Both the position numbers and the translations under genes were made by a program. The notes beneath the pieces were generated by a model that was not told where the DNA came from, did not search any database, and saw nothing but the letters and a program-made list of their open reading frames with translations. Positions 10,414 through 19,831 of a stretch of DNA of 64,000 nt are shown here, in pieces. The first letter of the stretch is position 1. Each line of letters starts with the position of its first letter. The stretch lies in NCBI GenBank assembly GCA_965116905.1, contig OZ220732.1, forward strand, positions 736,001-800,000, written 5' to 3'. The stretch comes from Longimicrobiales bacterium. Its GTDB lineage: Bacteria; Gemmatimonadota; Gemmatimonadetes; Longimicrobiales; Gaopeijiaceae.

Positions 10414-10456
10414 GACCTGAGACGGGGGTATAGCCGGGTGGGACGCGGCGGGCATG

Positions 10457-10933
10457 CTATCGGGGCTCAAGCACAATGACATCCACCCCTTCGACATCCT
10501 TGAGGTGGAGTTCGATCAACTTCCTGACGGTAGGCCACTTGAGTTTCCCGAGTCCGCACCCGAGCGCCGGAATGGCGATGGAGTCGATTCCCCGCCATGC
10601 ATCATCCGTTTTCAGGTAGCGAATGAGCTTTGCCAATGTGGCCAGTCCACGTTCCACGTTTTCCAGGCGGCTATTGTCCTTCCAGTGATCCTTGGTCGCA
10701 AAGTTGATGATGTAGCTCGGCCCTTCTCCCTTGTTCTCGTGCACGAACAGGTGACCCGGCTTCATGCTTCCCTCGCGGCACCGCTCCTGGTATTCCTGGA
10801 AGTTCTCCGGAAACCTGTTCTTGAACTGCAGTGCGAGTCCCCGTCCCATGACGCCTCTGCAGTTCACGGAGTTGACCATGGCGTCTACGTCCGGGGCAAA
10901 CGTGAATATGTCACCCTTCTCGACCCTGATCAT
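10457..10933 (-). CDS. Macrodomain protein (DarG-like ADP-ribose glycohydrolase domain)
   Basis: GDIF...AMVNSVNCRGVMGRGLALQFK...IINFATKDHWK...SIAIPALGCGLG; ATG at 10933. Confidence 0.88.
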   Translation of the reverse strand: MIRVEKGDIFTFAPDVDAMVNSVNCRGVMGRGLALQFKNRFPENFQEYQERCREGSMKPGHLFVHENKGEGPSYIINFATKDHWKDNSRLENVERGLATLAKLIRYLKTDDAWRGIDSIAIPALGCGLGKLKWPTVRKLIELHLKDVEGVDVIVLEPR

Positions 10934-11169
10934 GTCTTCATATCCCCCCCGATGTTCAGGACGGGGAAGGCCCCGCCGGTAGCAGCGAATAATAACATGG
11001 CCGCTTTGGCCGGACGGATTGGCGACAAGAGCGAGCGACTGGTACCAGATCGACGAAGTCGAGCGGGTCGAAAAACTGATTGGCGTCCACCCGCGTAGGA
11101 CAACTGACGAACCCGGCAAACGGGCCGGAACGTTCACCCAGCCGACCGCGGCTGAATGGGAGGTGTGTG

Positions 11170-11814
11170 ATGATCGAAGACATCAGGACTGCCGCAAGCG
11201 GATTCGTACTGCGCTGGACCGTTCTCTGCGGGCTCGGTCTGGCGGGCGGGCTGGCCGTCGGCCTGGGCCTGGCAGCACCGGTCGAGGCGATCGTGGGCAT
11301 GATGTTGGTGACGCCCGTCACCCTGGGGTTGGCCGGTTCGATGTTCGGCGGCGCCCAGTGGCTGGCCCTGGGAAGGAACCCGCGGTTCGGCGCGTTATGG
11401 ATCGGGGCCTCAGGTCTCGGCCTCGGTGTCGGCATGACCGTCGGCATCGTGCTGGTCGAGGTGCTCGGCCAGGCGCTGACCGGCGAGCCGATGCGTCTGG
11501 CCACGCTCGACATGCTCGGCCGACTCGGCGGGTTGACGTTCGTCGGGGCGTTCGCCGGCCTTGGGCTGGGCGCCGCGCAGTGGCTGGCGCTCCGCCCGGC
11601 GGCCTCGATGGCCCGGCGGTGGATCCTCTTGTGCGTCGCCGGATTCGGCATCGGACTGCCCGCCGGCAGCCTGGCCGCGGAACTCGTGGGAGGACTCCAG
11701 AGCCCGGTTGGCTTCGCCGCCTTCCTGGCAGTCGCCGGATTGACACTGGGAGTGTTCACGGCCAGGAGCGGGGCGGCGATTGCCGCCGGACTCGCGCCTC
11801 GACGCGCGGATTGA
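11170..11814 (+). CDS. Gly/Ala-rich integral membrane protein
   Basis: About six hydrophobic helices with a repeated G.AQWLAL motif; GGAGG RBS upstream. Confidence 0.7.
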   Translation: MIEDIRTAASGFVLRWTVLCGLGLAGGLAVGLGLAAPVEAIVGMMLVTPVTLGLAGSMFGGAQWLALGRNPRFGALWIGASGLGLGVGMTVGIVLVEVLGQALTGEPMRLATLDMLGRLGGLTFVGAFAGLGLGAAQWLALRPAASMARRWILLCVAGFGIGLPAGSLAAELVGGLQSPVGFAAFLAVAGLTLGVFTARSGAAIAAGLAPRRAD

Positions 11815-12086
11815 ACCGGCGGTGGGTCTCTGGTGGGAGAAGGGGTAGAGGACGATCACGCGGCCCTGGCCCGCTCGCGACGCGCCTTCACCGCGACTTG
11901 TGGACGGCGAGTGAACCAAAGACTCCACGATCACACCTATCGCGGTCCGACCACGCCGGCCGTCTCGGCCCTCCTCAACCTTGCGGTCCACCACGGCCGA
12001 TAAGACACGAATCTTACAGGAGCCCGGCGGCTCGCGCGGGTGTTCGGTAGGCGCCGGGGAACAGTCGTCGCTCGGCACGGGCACAG

Positions 12087-13086
12087 TCAACGCCGCGGAT
12101 CCGACAGTCTTGGTTCCAGTAGATGCAGGTACGGCACGCCCTCTTCCGTCTCATGGTAGGCAACGACGTACCGGGAACCCTTTGCGAAGCCGAGCAGGTA
12201 CCCGTCGGTGTGGTGACGGGCGATCGTGAGACCCGTTTCGGGATCGATCAGGTCCACCCATCCGTCGTGTTCGAGACGCGGTGGCACTGTCGCGCTCGGG
12301 GTTCCCGCAGGGCTGCGCCGCGTCCAATCGGGATCCGGAGTGGTCCAAACAAGCCACAATCCATCGGGATCCAGCATGAGCCCCCGGTTCCGCGAGCTGG
12401 GGAACGTATTCCCATCCGGAGCGTCGTCGTCGAAGGCCTTGACCCGCCGCTGGAACTCCCCTGTCAGCCTGGGCCTGGACTCCATGCTCCAGCGGCTCAG
12501 GATGTTGGCATCGGCTCGGATGGTCCAGACGGTGTCCCCTCCATCCCCCGTCAGCTTGTAGGAGGTCGAGGAAGGGCCTCGGTACACGCCGCCTTCGTCG
12601 CCGAAGGACTTCATCTCTCCCGATGGTGTCAGGACGTGGAACCTGTAGCCAACGGCAGTCGGTGTGGGCACGTCCGCGCTGAGCACGACATCATCGGAAT
12701 CCATTACGAAGGTGTCGATTGGCTGGCCCGGGTATTGGTCGATCCTCACGACATCGAAGTCGTAGTCGAGCACCGCCGTCCGCGGCGATGGTCGAAGACG
12801 TGGACTCCGGTTGACGTATGTCGCTGACGATGATCCGGCCCAGGCGGTCGACAGCCACTCTTGAGAAACGAAAAACGACGTGAAGTCCCGGCCCGTCGAG
12901 TCCGCCGATCGTCGCCACCGTGTCGAGCGTGATCCGGCAGGTCGCGCAAGCTACTTCGCCGGACACGAGCTGGCGTTCCTGCGCTGGCAGCGGCGGCGGC
13001 GCGGCGTGCAGGCCGAGTAAAGCGAGGAGGCAGGGGGCGATCATCATGCGACTGCAGCGCGGTCGAAAGCGCTCTCGGAAACTCAA
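12087..13086 (-). pseudogene. 6-bladed beta-propeller protein, disrupted near 12770-12810
   Basis: N-terminal part (signal peptide, CATCRITLDTVATIGG) and C-terminal part lie in different frames; the GxGPGE blade expected after RQPE is missing. Confidence 0.7.
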
Positions 13087-13282
13087 CTTCGTGCCTCCCC
13101 TCGTCGCTGCTTGCTTACCGGAAGGCTCATCCTACTGAACGATGTCTTGGCCATGTCAGGTTTGAGCGGGTCAGACGGCGTTGGGCGTAGGGCTGGTCGC
13201 AAAGCTCCGACGCGTCGCGTTGCGCGATCCCCGGGTTGACCACTCCGGACAGGGTGCTCAAAGACCGGAGGCCGTCGTTGCC

Positions 13283-15031
13283 CTAGGACGCTTGGCCCGC
13301 AACAACCCGACTAACCACCGCCCTCGGGACGTCCAGCTCATCAGTACGGCGCAACAAGACGACATCTCCCTTCGCGTCGAGTAGCCGTTCATCGGCGTCC
13401 AGCCTGACTCTGAAGAGCGCCGTGGCCGGCTCCAGGTCCCATGCGCGCCACGTCACACTGTCCTGATCGGTGAAGTGGTAGTCGCGCACCCAGAGCCTCT
13501 TGTCGAAGTCGATGAAGACCGAATCGATCGGCGGTGCCAGTTCATTCGCCGGCCACAGGTTCATCGCCAAGGGGGACGCGTCGACGGCGGCCATCTCCTC
13601 TTCGGACCAGACCGTGCTCAGCAACTCGGCGTGCCTGGACGGCATTGCAGCCATGTACTCGCGCGCCACGCGCAGCTGATTCGCCGACACGCGAGTCGGC
13701 GGCGGCATCGGGATGCGGCCGACCTCGCTGCCGTCCCACCTGAACACTTGGATGGCTTCCTGATCGGTCTCGGCAATGACGAAATGATCTGCGGAGGCAG
13801 CCATCAACGACCGGTGCCCGAAAAGTACGCCGCCGCTGGCGTCAGTTCCGTAGTAGTGCTCGTAGCCCTTGGTCTGGGCGACGATCTCAAGTTTACCTTC
13901 GTCGTTCACAGCAACATACTCGACCGAGTCCCATGTCCGCCCCCGGAAGTCCCCGAAGGCCCTGGATTCCGAGTCACCGAACACAATGCGACCGTCCCGA
14001 TGAACCGCTACCGGGGGCACAGATAGCGAGCCTTTGAATGGGACAGCCTGATAGCTCAGGTCGCGCAGAAAGGCACCGTCGTGGTCAAGCGACACGACGC
14101 GACGCCGGAGTATGTCCCAGAGCGCGATGCCCTGCGGACCACGCAAGGCACGGGAGATGCGGCCGAATTCGCGTGGGCCGCCACCCTCCCTGCCGAAACC
14201 CCGGATCTCTCCCGATGCCATGTTCACGAAGTGGACTTCGGTCCGCTCCACCAATGCCAATCCATCGCCGGGAAGGAAGAATCCGGCGGTAATGAAAGAC
14301 AACGCGTCGGCCAAGTCCGGATGTTCCGATGTGTCGAAAGTCGATACGCCGGGAACCAGAAGCTGGACCCCGGGGTCTGGCGCGCCGGCAACGGCCGCTA
14401 CGGCAGCCGCCAAGTCCCCTGGGTGCAACGCTCTCTCCGAGACAAAGGTAGGAGTTCCAGGGATCTCAAGGATGCTCGCCAGAGCCACGTCTCGCGCCAG
14501 ACGATTCTGGCTCTCGTCGCCACCCATGCAGGCGACGTACGACCGAAAGTCGCTGATCCCCAAGCTCTGTGCGAAGCGAGTCCAATCCCGATCGTCGAGC
14601 CATGTCTGATCGGCAAGCAGCGATTCGTGGGCCTCCCGAAACAGCCCGAATTTCTCGGCGCAAATGGCAGCCAAGGCGGCTTCAGTGGCGGCAGCCCCAC
14701 CGTTTGACGGGACATGCCGTACGACCACAGTGAGGTCCTCCTGGCTCACAGCCTCCAACACGGCTGGCGCCAATCTTCGGCACACCTCGCACTCGTAGTC
14801 GATGAACTCTACGATGACGCCTCCTGAGGAGGACTGTCCGAGGCGGCTTGGTGCTTCCACCAAAGTGTTCCAGTTGCGAGAGACTCGGCGCTGCTCGTCC
14901 CACCCGCGGTACGTTGAGCCAATCCACCGCCCGACCACACCGGACGGATTCAGTAGCAGGAACGCGAGAGTAACGACTATCGCAATGTTGGCGACCCGGT
15001 TCCAGCGGTCGCGCTTGTCTCGGTCACTCAC
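13283..15031 (-). CDS. DsbA/thioredoxin-like (CxxC) domain fused to a 6-bladed beta-propeller
   Basis: N-terminal TM; IVEFIDYECEVC...IPGTPTF (DsbA); FGREGGGPREF, RLWVRDY, DELDVPRAV (propeller). Confidence 0.85.
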   Translation of the reverse strand: MSDRDKRDRWNRVANIAIVVTLAFLLLNPSGVVGRWIGSTYRGWDEQRRVSRNWNTLVEAPSRLGQSSSGGVIVEFIDYECEVCRRLAPAVLEAVSQEDLTVVVRHVPSNGGAAATEAALAAICAEKFGLFREAHESLLADQTWLDDRDWTRFAQSLGISDFRSYVACMGGDESQNRLARDVALASILEIPGTPTFVSERALHPGDLAAAVAAVAGAPDPGVQLLVPGVSTFDTSEHPDLADALSFITAGFFLPGDGLALVERTEVHFVNMASGEIRGFGREGGGPREFGRISRALRGPQGIALWDILRRRVVSLDHDGAFLRDLSYQAVPFKGSLSVPPVAVHRDGRIVFGDSESRAFGDFRGRTWDSVEYVAVNDEGKLEIVAQTKGYEHYYGTDASGGVLFGHRSLMAASADHFVIAETDQEAIQVFRWDGSEVGRIPMPPPTRVSANQLRVAREYMAAMPSRHAELLSTVWSEEEMAAVDASPLAMNLWPANELAPPIDSVFIDFDKRLWVRDYHFTDQDSVTWRAWDLEPATALFRVRLDADERLLDAKGDVVLLRRTDELDVPRAVVSRVVAGQAS

Positions 15032-15067
15032 GCATCAAGCCTGACGTCGATGGATCACGATGGTCAA

Positions 15068-15265
15068 CTACTCTTCGGGGCATTTTATCCCAGACCCGCG
15101 TGCGTGGCCGATTGGACACACCCATGCGATGCATTCGTCGTCCGTACATGTCATGCAGCCACTGGTGTGGGTCTTGCAATCCTTTTGCTGAGCGTGGACA
15201 GGCTTCGCTTCCATTGAGAGCAGGCCAACCAGGAGCAAGCCGAGGATCTGGAGGGTGCGGTTCAT
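15068..15265 (-). CDS. Secreted Cys-rich peptide 1 (65 aa, 6 Cys)
   Basis: MNRTLQILGLLLVGLLSMEAKPVHA|QQKDCKTHTSGCMTCTDDECIAWVCPIGHARGSGIKCPEE; AAGGAG RBS; conserved upstream motif. Confidence 0.8.
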   Translation of the reverse strand: MNRTLQILGLLLVGLLSMEAKPVHAQQKDCKTHTSGCMTCTDDECIAWVCPIGHARGSGIKCPEE

Positions 15266-15312
15266 GGGGTTTCTCCTTCTGCGTTGGTGGGGATGGACAT
15301 CCCACTGGTTAC

Positions 15313-15680
15313 CGAGTGGCGACTCTCGCCCCTCTATATATCTGACAGTTCTCGCGGCGGAAATGTGCAATCGGGCTGCGAACGACCCCCGATCACCGCA
15401 GGTCAGTTCCTCCCCCGGTGAGCGCTCGGGCCACCTCGGCAAGGCCGGCGCCATGACCATCGGTCACGACCCGCCCCTCCTGGTCCAGCGCGACTATCCA
15501 TGGGGTCCGTCGCGCCAGAATGGCGGCCTCCGGCTCCCCTGCAGGGTGCTCCAGGGACAGAACGTCAACGGGCCAACGGTGCTCCCTTGCGAAGTCGATC
15601 GCATCGGCCAGGGTCCCGTCAGGGTGCCTCACGGGAACTGACGACAGATTGTAGCCAATCGGAATCGGGTCGGCCTCGCG
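15313..15680. repeat. Duplication of 18649-19166 (promoter plus internally deleted redoxin pseudogene)
   Basis: Near-identical to 18649-19166 but lacks about 150 bp including the DPDCAHT segment. Confidence 0.9.
15343..15370 (-). promoter_or_regulatory. Conserved promoter-like motif, copy 1
   Basis: TTGCAC-ATTTCCGCCGC-GAGAACTGTCA upstream of peptide 1. Confidence 0.75.
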
Positions 15681-15724
15681 CCGCGCCTTCCGGTCTCCAA
15701 TCAACTCCAGGTTATCACAACAAT

Positions 15725-16933
15725 TCAGCTGAACGGTACCAGTCTGCGTCCCTGGACCTGTCCGGCGAACCGTCTGTCTACGTGCAGTCCCCAGACATGC
15801 GTGGACGTAGCATCGCGAAGCATGAATTGTTCCGGCAAAAGGACGCGACGTGGTGGCGACTTTGGCTGCGCGCGGTCGATGGCATACCAGACGGCCATCG
15901 AGTCGTTCGGTTCGTTACTTCGAAGCCATACTTCGTTTGACGCTGTTGCCACAACAGCGGTAACGGGTGGCAGGTGATCGGGAATGTGGAGGGCCGCTTC
16001 GACCAGGTCATGGAGAGTCGAAGTCGCCAGAGAGTCGTCGCTCGACCGCAGCCTTCGAGATATGCTTTGCATGTGCGACGCGACGACCGTCTCGACGCGC
16101 TCCCGGTCCAGAAGCGACAACGGCAACTGTAGTCGTGCTTCTAGCACGGTATCTTGGCCCGGCACCACCTCGACCACCCCGACCTCGCCTGTACCCATGT
16201 TCCTGTTCACGATTCCCACCGCACCCGCCTGCCGGTTCCAGTACATCAAGTCATGATCGGCAAATGGCTGGCCGGAGAACACCTGGTTTCGACGCACCGA
16301 GATGCCCAAGGTCCGCCCGGAAGAGTCAAACATGGCCACCGTATCGGCCACCCATTCATCGTCGGCCAGCCGAAGATGCGCCGCAGCAACCTGCCAACCG
16401 GGGTGTCCCAACTCCCAGCTGAACACCCGGTGCGGAAAGGGAAACCGCCCGCGGGCAAGCAGGGTCCCATCGCCGAGAACTACGATACCCCCCTGGAGCC
16501 ATTGGTCGGGCGGGCTTCGCATCGTCCGCACAAGACGACCATCGAGCAGGAATCGCCCAAACCCGCGATCATATTGGACCCAAAGCCCGGTCGAATCCAG
16601 CTGGACGTTTCGAGGGTTACCCAATTGTGCGACATCGTCTCGAGGCCACAATTCCAACACGGGCTCACCCAAGTGACGCGAATCCCAAACCGTGACCCTG
16701 CGAGGCTGAAGGACAGCGATCATGGTGCCGGTGCTGGTGGAGCGCACGTTCTGTAGAAACGGCAACGCGTTATCGGTCCCCGGCTCTCCTCCGATGACCT
16801 TGTCGTATTGCGTTGACCAGTCCTGTGGTACAGCACGGGCATTTGCCTCAACAGGCTTCCCAACACCGATGGTGTAGAACAATGCGGCAAACCAGAGCCA
16901 CATGAGGCGTCCCGTTGTTCCTTTGCCGATCAA
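15725..16933 (-). CDS. Secreted beta-propeller-like protein
   Basis: Signal peptide; paralogous to 16930-18171 (QPFADHD, EAALHIPDHLPPV, EVWLR, RRVLLP); start overlaps the upstream stop. Confidence 0.75.
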   Translation of the reverse strand: MIGKGTTGRLMWLWFAALFYTIGVGKPVEANARAVPQDWSTQYDKVIGGEPGTDNALPFLQNVRSTSTGTMIAVLQPRRVTVWDSRHLGEPVLELWPRDDVAQLGNPRNVQLDSTGLWVQYDRGFGRFLLDGRLVRTMRSPPDQWLQGGIVVLGDGTLLARGRFPFPHRVFSWELGHPGWQVAAAHLRLADDEWVADTVAMFDSSGRTLGISVRRNQVFSGQPFADHDLMYWNRQAGAVGIVNRNMGTGEVGVVEVVPGQDTVLEARLQLPLSLLDRERVETVVASHMQSISRRLRSSDDSLATSTLHDLVEAALHIPDHLPPVTAVVATASNEVWLRSNEPNDSMAVWYAIDRAQPKSPPRRVLLPEQFMLRDATSTHVWGLHVDRRFAGQVQGRRLVPFS

Positions 16934-18171
16934 TCCGGATCCCCAGTGTGGCGAACCAATAGGCGGCCAACCACATAGCGTACGTCAAAGGAATCGAATC
17001 GGGTGCCCCACAGAACGGATTCAGTAGCGTCGAAAGGCAGAAAGGTAGCTGGCAACAGGACTCGTCGTACGGCAGAGGCAGAGTCCCGCGCAACTCCGAC
17101 CTGTACCGCATACCATACGTCCAGCGAATCAGCACCCGCGTCTTCGTACGTCCTCATCCACATCTCACCGTTGGACAGTAATGCCATGTTACGGACGGAC
17201 GGATAGTTCTCGGGCACGTACAAAGCCTCTCGAACGGCCCTTCGTGCGTCGGCCAGGAGCGCATCTGACCTCCGGTTCGCTATGGTCGTGGCGACGTTCT
17301 CGACGAGCTCTTCCACTTCTTGCACCGGCAGGGCAATGGGTGGGAACCGTAGACTTCGGAACCAAACGGTATCGCCGTCCGCTGACAGCTCCGTCAAATG
17401 GACCACCCCTGGATCCAGGCCTCTTTGTCGGGTGACGACGACCGTCTTCGACCACGAATTATAGCTTGCTTGGTCAGTGTCTCGGTATGGTTGCCGCGAG
17501 AACGAGGTCAGGCCGGAACTCTGATCGTTCTTGCCAGTCGCAAGAATCTCGTTTCGAACATCAAGCATCGTCAGGACATCAACCGTCCAAGCGCCGTCCT
17601 GTTCCCTCAGACGGACGACGGGCAACTCCACCACCGGATCGTCACCCCACCATCCAGACATGTAATCCGGTGAAACGCTGGGATAGGCCAAAAAGCTACC
17701 GTCGTCAAGCAAGAGTGCGGGGCGAAATCGGAATCCGCGATGGCTCACGGAAAGGGGTATGGACACCGTGCGCAGGTATTCTCCGTCAGGCGAGAACAGG
17801 ACGAAGCGATCCCGGTCACGCACCTGGAATCCATCAGATGTGACCTGGACTCGATCAGGGCGTCGGAACTCTCCCGGTCCCTGTCCTTCGCCTCCGACCG
17901 AAAACAGGGGTGAACCGTCAGGCGTCCAGACGGTCACCCGAAGATCACTGGGATCGACAACGTAGACCCGGGTTCCCTCATCCCCCAGGCCGACATCAGA
18001 TACCCTGGTGAAGGCAGCGTCTGTTCCGTGCAGGCTGCCTATTTCATACCGTGGCACCGTGACCCATGTATCGACGGCGTCAAGGAATTCCGGCGGTGGA
18101 TCGTCACCGCACCCATAACCTGCGGCAAGGACCGAGGCAACGATCCACCACCGCCGGAAACCGAACGTCAC
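16930..18171 (-). CDS. 6-bladed beta-propeller lipoprotein
   Basis: Lipobox-like AGYGC; VYVVD...SVGGEGQGPGEFRRP; DSFDVRYV at the C-terminus. Confidence 0.85.
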   Translation of the reverse strand: MTFGFRRWWIVASVLAAGYGCGDDPPPEFLDAVDTWVTVPRYEIGSLHGTDAAFTRVSDVGLGDEGTRVYVVDPSDLRVTVWTPDGSPLFSVGGEGQGPGEFRRPDRVQVTSDGFQVRDRDRFVLFSPDGEYLRTVSIPLSVSHRGFRFRPALLLDDGSFLAYPSVSPDYMSGWWGDDPVVELPVVRLREQDGAWTVDVLTMLDVRNEILATGKNDQSSGLTSFSRQPYRDTDQASYNSWSKTVVVTRQRGLDPGVVHLTELSADGDTVWFRSLRFPPIALPVQEVEELVENVATTIANRRSDALLADARRAVREALYVPENYPSVRNMALLSNGEMWMRTYEDAGADSLDVWYAVQVGVARDSASAVRRVLLPATFLPFDATESVLWGTRFDSFDVRYVVGRLLVRHTGDPD

Positions 18172-18175
18172 GCCG

Positions 18176-18622
18176 CTAGCCTAGCTTAAGCGCACTGCCC
18201 GGAAGAACTCCGTCGGAGCCTTGGGCCACGACAAACCCGACCAACGAGCCACCGCACTTCTTCCGGACGAGAAGCCGGCCGCCTTGAGTGGCCACGAAGT
18301 AGGGAGTGTCAGCGGGCAAGATGCCGCCGTCTGCCACTAGTGCGAGGACTTCCTGCGTGGCAGCTTCTTCCTCGACCGGCGAGAGCGCGAATCCTCCACA
18401 CAGCTCGGAACCCTCGTCCGGGAGACACATGCCTCGACCCTCGACGGGACCCGCGCCGACCGCGCATTTGGAGAATCCGTATTTGTCGTCCTCCTGATCG
18501 TCGCAGAGGTCGGTGTCCAGGTCGCAGGTATAGCACTGCGCCATGGCGGGCGTTCCGCCAAAAGCGATTCCCATTAATGGAAATCCGACCATCACCATCG
18601 CGGCCAAGAGTTTCCTTTTCAT
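18176..18622 (-). CDS. Secreted Cys-rich protein 2 (148 aa; 6-Cys N-terminal module)
   Basis: MKRKLLAAMVMVG...TPAMA|QCYTCDLDTDLC...SKC...GMC...ELCGG; GGAGG RBS; upstream motif. Confidence 0.8.
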   Translation of the reverse strand: MKRKLLAAMVMVGFPLMGIAFGGTPAMAQCYTCDLDTDLCDDQEDDKYGFSKCAVGAGPVEGRGMCLPDEGSELCGGFALSPVEEEAATQEVLALVADGGILPADTPYFVATQGGRLLVRKKCGGSLVGFVVAQGSDGVLPGSALKLG

Positions 18623-18678
18623 ACTGCTACCTCCGTAGCTGTGGGATTCGAGTGGCGACTCTCGCCCCTCTATTAACT

Positions 18679-18706
18679 TGACAGTTCTCACGGCGGAAAT
18701 GTGCAA
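18679..18706 (-). promoter_or_regulatory. Conserved promoter-like motif, copy 2
   Basis: TTGCAC-ATTTCCGCCGT-GAGAACTGTCA upstream of protein 2. Confidence 0.75.
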
Positions 18707-18738
18707 TCCGGATGCGGACGACCCCCGATCACCGCAGA

Positions 18739-19299
18739 TCAGCTCCTTCCCCCGCTGAGCACTCGAGCCACCTCGGCAAGGCCGGCGCCATGACCATCGG
18801 TCACGACCCGCCCTTGCTGGTCCAGTGCGATTATCCATGGCGTCCGTCGCGCCAGAATGGCGGCCTCCGGCTCCCCTGCAGGGTGCTCCAGCGACAGAAC
18901 GTCAACGGGCCAACGGTGCTCCCTTGCGAAGTCGATCGCATCGGCCAGGGGGCCCAACGAAATCGCTAGAAGGCGATATCGTTCGGCCTCCTTGCCGGCA
19001 AGCCAGGAAGACCAGGCTGGCGCAACACGACGTGTGTGGGCGCAGTCAGGATCGAAGACGAGGAGCAGGGTGGGCTGGCCCGCCCCCAACTCGGCCGGGG
19101 TCCCGTCGGGGTGCTTCACGGAAACTGACGACAGATCGTAACCGACTGGAATCGGCTCAACTCGCGAATCGGCATCCCACATCGCGGCACTCAGGATCGC
19201 CACCTGGCCAATCGCCGACGCAGCCAAGACCGTGGTGAACGAGTGGCTGCGCCAGGCTCGTCCAAGCGGCAGCCTCCGGCTTTCGGCGCTGTTCGCCAT
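18739..19299 (-). CDS. Membrane-anchored thioredoxin-fold (redoxin-like) protein
   Basis: TLLLVFDPDCAHT (single Cys), RTPWIIALDQQGRV. Confidence 0.75.
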   Translation of the reverse strand: MANSAESRRLPLGRAWRSHSFTTVLAASAIGQVAILSAAMWDADSRVEPIPVGYDLSSVSVKHPDGTPAELGAGQPTLLLVFDPDCAHTRRVAPAWSSWLAGKEAERYRLLAISLGPLADAIDFAREHRWPVDVLSLEHPAGEPEAAILARRTPWIIALDQQGRVVTDGHGAGLAEVARVLSGGRS

Positions 19300-19363
19300 G
19301 AGATGTCTGCTCCAAGTGATCCAAGGCCGAATCCGGTCGATTTACCTCGGCCGTCCATTTAAC

Positions 19364-19391
19364 TGACAGTTCTCGCGGCCCAAATGTGCAA
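19364..19391 (-). promoter_or_regulatory. Conserved promoter-like motif, copy 3
   Basis: TTGCAC-ATTTGGGCCGC-GAGAACTGTCA upstream of the redoxin. Confidence 0.75.
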
Positions 19392-19495
19392 TGCACCGTT
19401 CCACAGGGGTGGGTCGCGGGTGCGCTGGCCAGCGCGGTCAGGGTCGTGCCGGGTCGCGTGGAGGGCTCGGTCCGAGTCGGCGCCGACCACGCCAA

Positions 19496-19523
19496 TTGCA
19501 CTTTTCTGCTCTGAGAACTGTCA
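19496..19523 (+). promoter_or_regulatory. Conserved promoter-like motif, copy 4 (divergent)
   Basis: TTGCAC-TTTTCTGCTCT-GAGAACTGTCA upstream of peptide 3 and the sigma operon. Confidence 0.75.
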
Positions 19524-19594
19524 GTTAATAGGAACCCGCGAGTTTCGATTCACTACATCAGGGGCCGTCAGGTCCCGAAACGGAGGGACGAACG

Positions 19595-19792
19595 TTGCGA
19601 ACGATCAGGGTGGTCCTTATCCTGCTCAACCTCGTGTTGGCGGCGGCTTTACTGACGCAGGCGAGCGCGGCGCGTTCGACCGACGCCATGCGCACTTGCT
19701 GCCGGGGCGATGGTCCGGAAGCGTACTGTTGCTATGGCTGCTGCTGGCTCTTTTCAAATTGCGACAGGAGCAGCGACTGCCAGGACGGGTGA
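19595..19792 (+). CDS. Secreted Cys-rich peptide 3 (65 aa, 8 Cys)
   Basis: Signal peptide then TCCRGDGPEAYCCYGCCWLFSNCDRSSDCQDG; TTG start with GGAGGG RBS. Confidence 0.8.
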   Translation: MRTIRVVLILLNLVLAAALLTQASAARSTDAMRTCCRGDGPEAYCCYGCCWLFSNCDRSSDCQDG

Positions 19793-19831
19793 ACAGCGGA
19801 AACGGCTCTCCAGAGGGACACGACGGCGACG

